64,000 nucleotides of DNA, taken from the NCBI RefSeq assembly GCF_001194135.2, contig NC_068983.1:68685437-68749436 (forward strand). The letters are read 5' to 3'. A model generated the notes under the pieces. The model worked only from the letters and a program-made list of their open reading frames with translations. It did not search any database and was not told the origin of the DNA. The DNA is from Octopus bimaculoides. Its lineage: Eukaryota. Position numbers and translations under genes: made by a program. Numbering within the stretch: the stretch's first letter is position 1; every line of letters starts with the position of its first letter. This document shows, one piece after another, positions 61,810 to 64,000 of this stretch.

Positions 61810-62098
61810 AGTCATGGTGTATAAGACAAAACCTCGCACACTGGAGGACTTGGAGACACGGAGTCAGGAGGTTCTCAATGATATTCCAGACGACGTCCTT
61901 CAGAAGGTTGTTCATTCCATCTCTGGCCGTTTAAGGAAACTGGTTGACACCACCGGTGCTTACGTTGGAATATGAAGATTTACTTTCATTTTCCCATGTA
62001 ATAAAGAACAAGTACCATTTGTTTCAATAAACTTGTGAAAGGAATATGGATTTTATTACCATTTCTAATGCGTACTTACTTTTCACTCGCTCACCCCC
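61810..62098 (+). mobile_element. 3' fragment of a Tc1/mariner-superfamily transposon
   Basis: VYKTKPRTLEDLETRSQEVLNDIPDDVLQKVVHSISGRLRKLVDTTGAYVGI* resembles Tc3-like transposase C-termini. It ends in a TIR-like ttcactcgctcaccc. Confidence 0.65.
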
Positions 62099-62241
62099 CT
62101 CTCTCTCTATGTATGTATGTATGTATGTATGTATGTGTGTGTGTATATATATATCTATCTATCTATATATATATATATATACATGTACACACACACACAC
62201 ACATACACACACACACATACATACACACACACATACACACA

Positions 62242-63461
62242 CAGGCATGACAGAAGTAAATAGACACCCCATAAACCATCGTTTTATGTTTATTCTTGTA
62301 ATGGTTTATATTTTTCATTAATTGACATATTTATGTTTCAGGTTCTATATGTAATTGTTTAAACATGCCATGTACAAAACAAGCCTTGGAACTGTCTGAG
62401 CTTCAAAAAGAGCGTATTGTGGATCATTCTGAAGATGGACATAGCATAAAATCGCAGAAAACCTTGGGATCCCGTTTTCTACAGTTAATAGAGTGATTGT
62501 ACAATTCCCCAGAGAGAGAGAGAGAGAGGAAGGAGTCCACATCACCTCACCCAGATCAACCAATGCCCTCTGACAGGACCTTTCTCTTTGTTAAGGGAAG
62601 TGTGGAGGATAATCCTCGTGGCAAGGCCTCTGACATAGCAGAACGAGTTTGATGTCAGTCCCAGGACAGCTGTCAGGTATCTCTACAAACTTGGTTACTA
62701 TGGTAGAGCAGCAAGAATGAAGCCACTTCTTCGACCAGCCAACATCAAGCAGAGAAAAGATTGGGCCAGTGCGATGGTGGAGAGGCCACTAGCATTTTGG
62801 GACACTGTCATATTCTCTGATGAGTCACGATTTGCTGTATTTCTTGACAGTGGTCGAATGTGAGTCTGGAGACTCTGTAATCAAAGATTTGATGTGAAAA
62901 TATTGCAGCCAACAATGAAACACAGTAGCTATTCTGTGATGGTCTGGAGAGCAATTTGGAGCAATGGTTGATCAGAGCTGGTGGGTTGTGAGGGAAACAT
63001 AAACTCAGATAAATATGTGTCCATATCGCAGAAAGGACTCCTTCCAATCTTTTCCAGTGGTGAAATGGTTAAAGAAGACTCTTTATTTATGGAAAGTGGG
63101 GGCTCCTTGTCACACGGCTAAAATGACCCAAGATTTGTTGAATGAGAATGGCTTTAAAAAGCTTCCATGGCCAAGCCAGTCACTAGATAGGAATCCTGTT
63201 GAACACCTCTGAGACATAATGGACAGGACGCTTCATAAAAAGAACAAGAAAGCATCTTCAAAGCCAGATCTTTTGAGATTACTGCATGAAACTTGGCAAG
63301 AAATTCCGCAAGAGAATATTCGTCATCTGATCAGTAATATGCCTAATAGGAACCTTTCATTTAAAAAGGCAAAGGTCACGTCTGCTAATTAATAAATATT
63401 CACATTATAACAATTAATAAATAATTTGAATGTATGATTTCAGATTTAAATAAATTTTATG
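62242..63461 (+). mobile_element. Tc1-type (DD34E) transposase pseudogene
   Basis: ATG at 62365, MPCTKQALELSELQKERIVD.... Fragments GYYGRAARMKPLL, VIFSDESRF, PCHTAK, PWPSQSLDRNPVEHL. 5' TIR-like CAGGCATGACAGAAGTAAATAGACACCCC at 62242. Internal (GA)n expansion at ~62511-62528. The right end runs into an N gap. Confidence 0.9.
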
Positions 63462-63657
63462 NNNNNNNNNNNNNNNNNNNNNNNNNNNNNNNNNNNNNNN
63501 NNNNNNNNNNNNNNNNNNNNNNNNNNNNNNNNNNNNNNNNNNNNNNNNNNNNNNNNNNNNNNNNNNNNNNNNNNNNNNNNNNNNNNNNNNNNNNNNNNNN
63601 NNNNNNNNNNNNNNNNNNNNNNNNNNNNNNNNNNNNNNNNNNNNNNNNNNNNNNNNN

Positions 63658-63694
<37 letters not shown>

Positions 63695-63901
63695 TGGGCT
63701 TTCAGTTTCTGTCTACCAAATTCACTCACAAGACTTTGGTCGGCCTGAGGCTATAGCAGAAGACACTTGCCCAAATTGCCACGAAGTGGGACTGAACCTG
63801 GAACCTTGTGGTTGGGGAGCAAGCCTGTTATCACACAGCCACACATATCCATGTATGTATGTATGTATGTATGTATGTATGTATGTATGTATGTATGTAT
63901 G

Positions 63902-63941
<40 letters not shown>

Positions 63942-64000
63942 ATCTATCTATCTATCTACGGCAAATAACCTTTAACTCTCACAGATATTTATATATATAT

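Noticed and set aside
62817-62826. CTGATGAG hammerhead-like heptamer
   Set aside because: It is the S-D-E codon run of the Tc1 catalytic motif, with no stem II or GAAA following.

Overview
Eukaryotic, AT-rich, repeat-dense draft-assembly scaffold with about 17 N gaps. The SINE/RTE/microsatellite landscape suggests an octopus (coleoid cephalopod); this is inferred, not verified. The only host protein-coding gene I can support is EXOSC2/RRP4 (RNA exosome cap subunit) on the + strand. Seven coding exons lie between 1882 and 32690; the first coding exon is upstream of the window. One of its introns (5797-12642) is a clear U12-type minor-spliceosome intron, and there is a probable 3'UTR intron starting 59 nt after the stop codon. 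The rest is transposon-derived or low complexity: RTE-clade LINE fragments (one with a twin-priming-type inversion), several tRNA-derived SINE families with target-site duplications, two mariner and two Tc1-like relics, a Tx1/L1-like relic, microsatellites, a ~49-bp minisatellite and a 1.2-kb polypurine tract. The most unusual signal is three unrelated short elements with hammerhead-ribozyme-like cores of the Penelope/retrozyme type. Two of them are built as fold-back inverted dimers, and one of those has a tRNA-like Pol III head and sits in an EXOSC2 intron. All three genomic copies are partly decayed. No CRISPR, rRNA or bona fide tRNA genes were found. Almost all entries in the ORF track are spurious (N runs, microsatellites, TE fragments).
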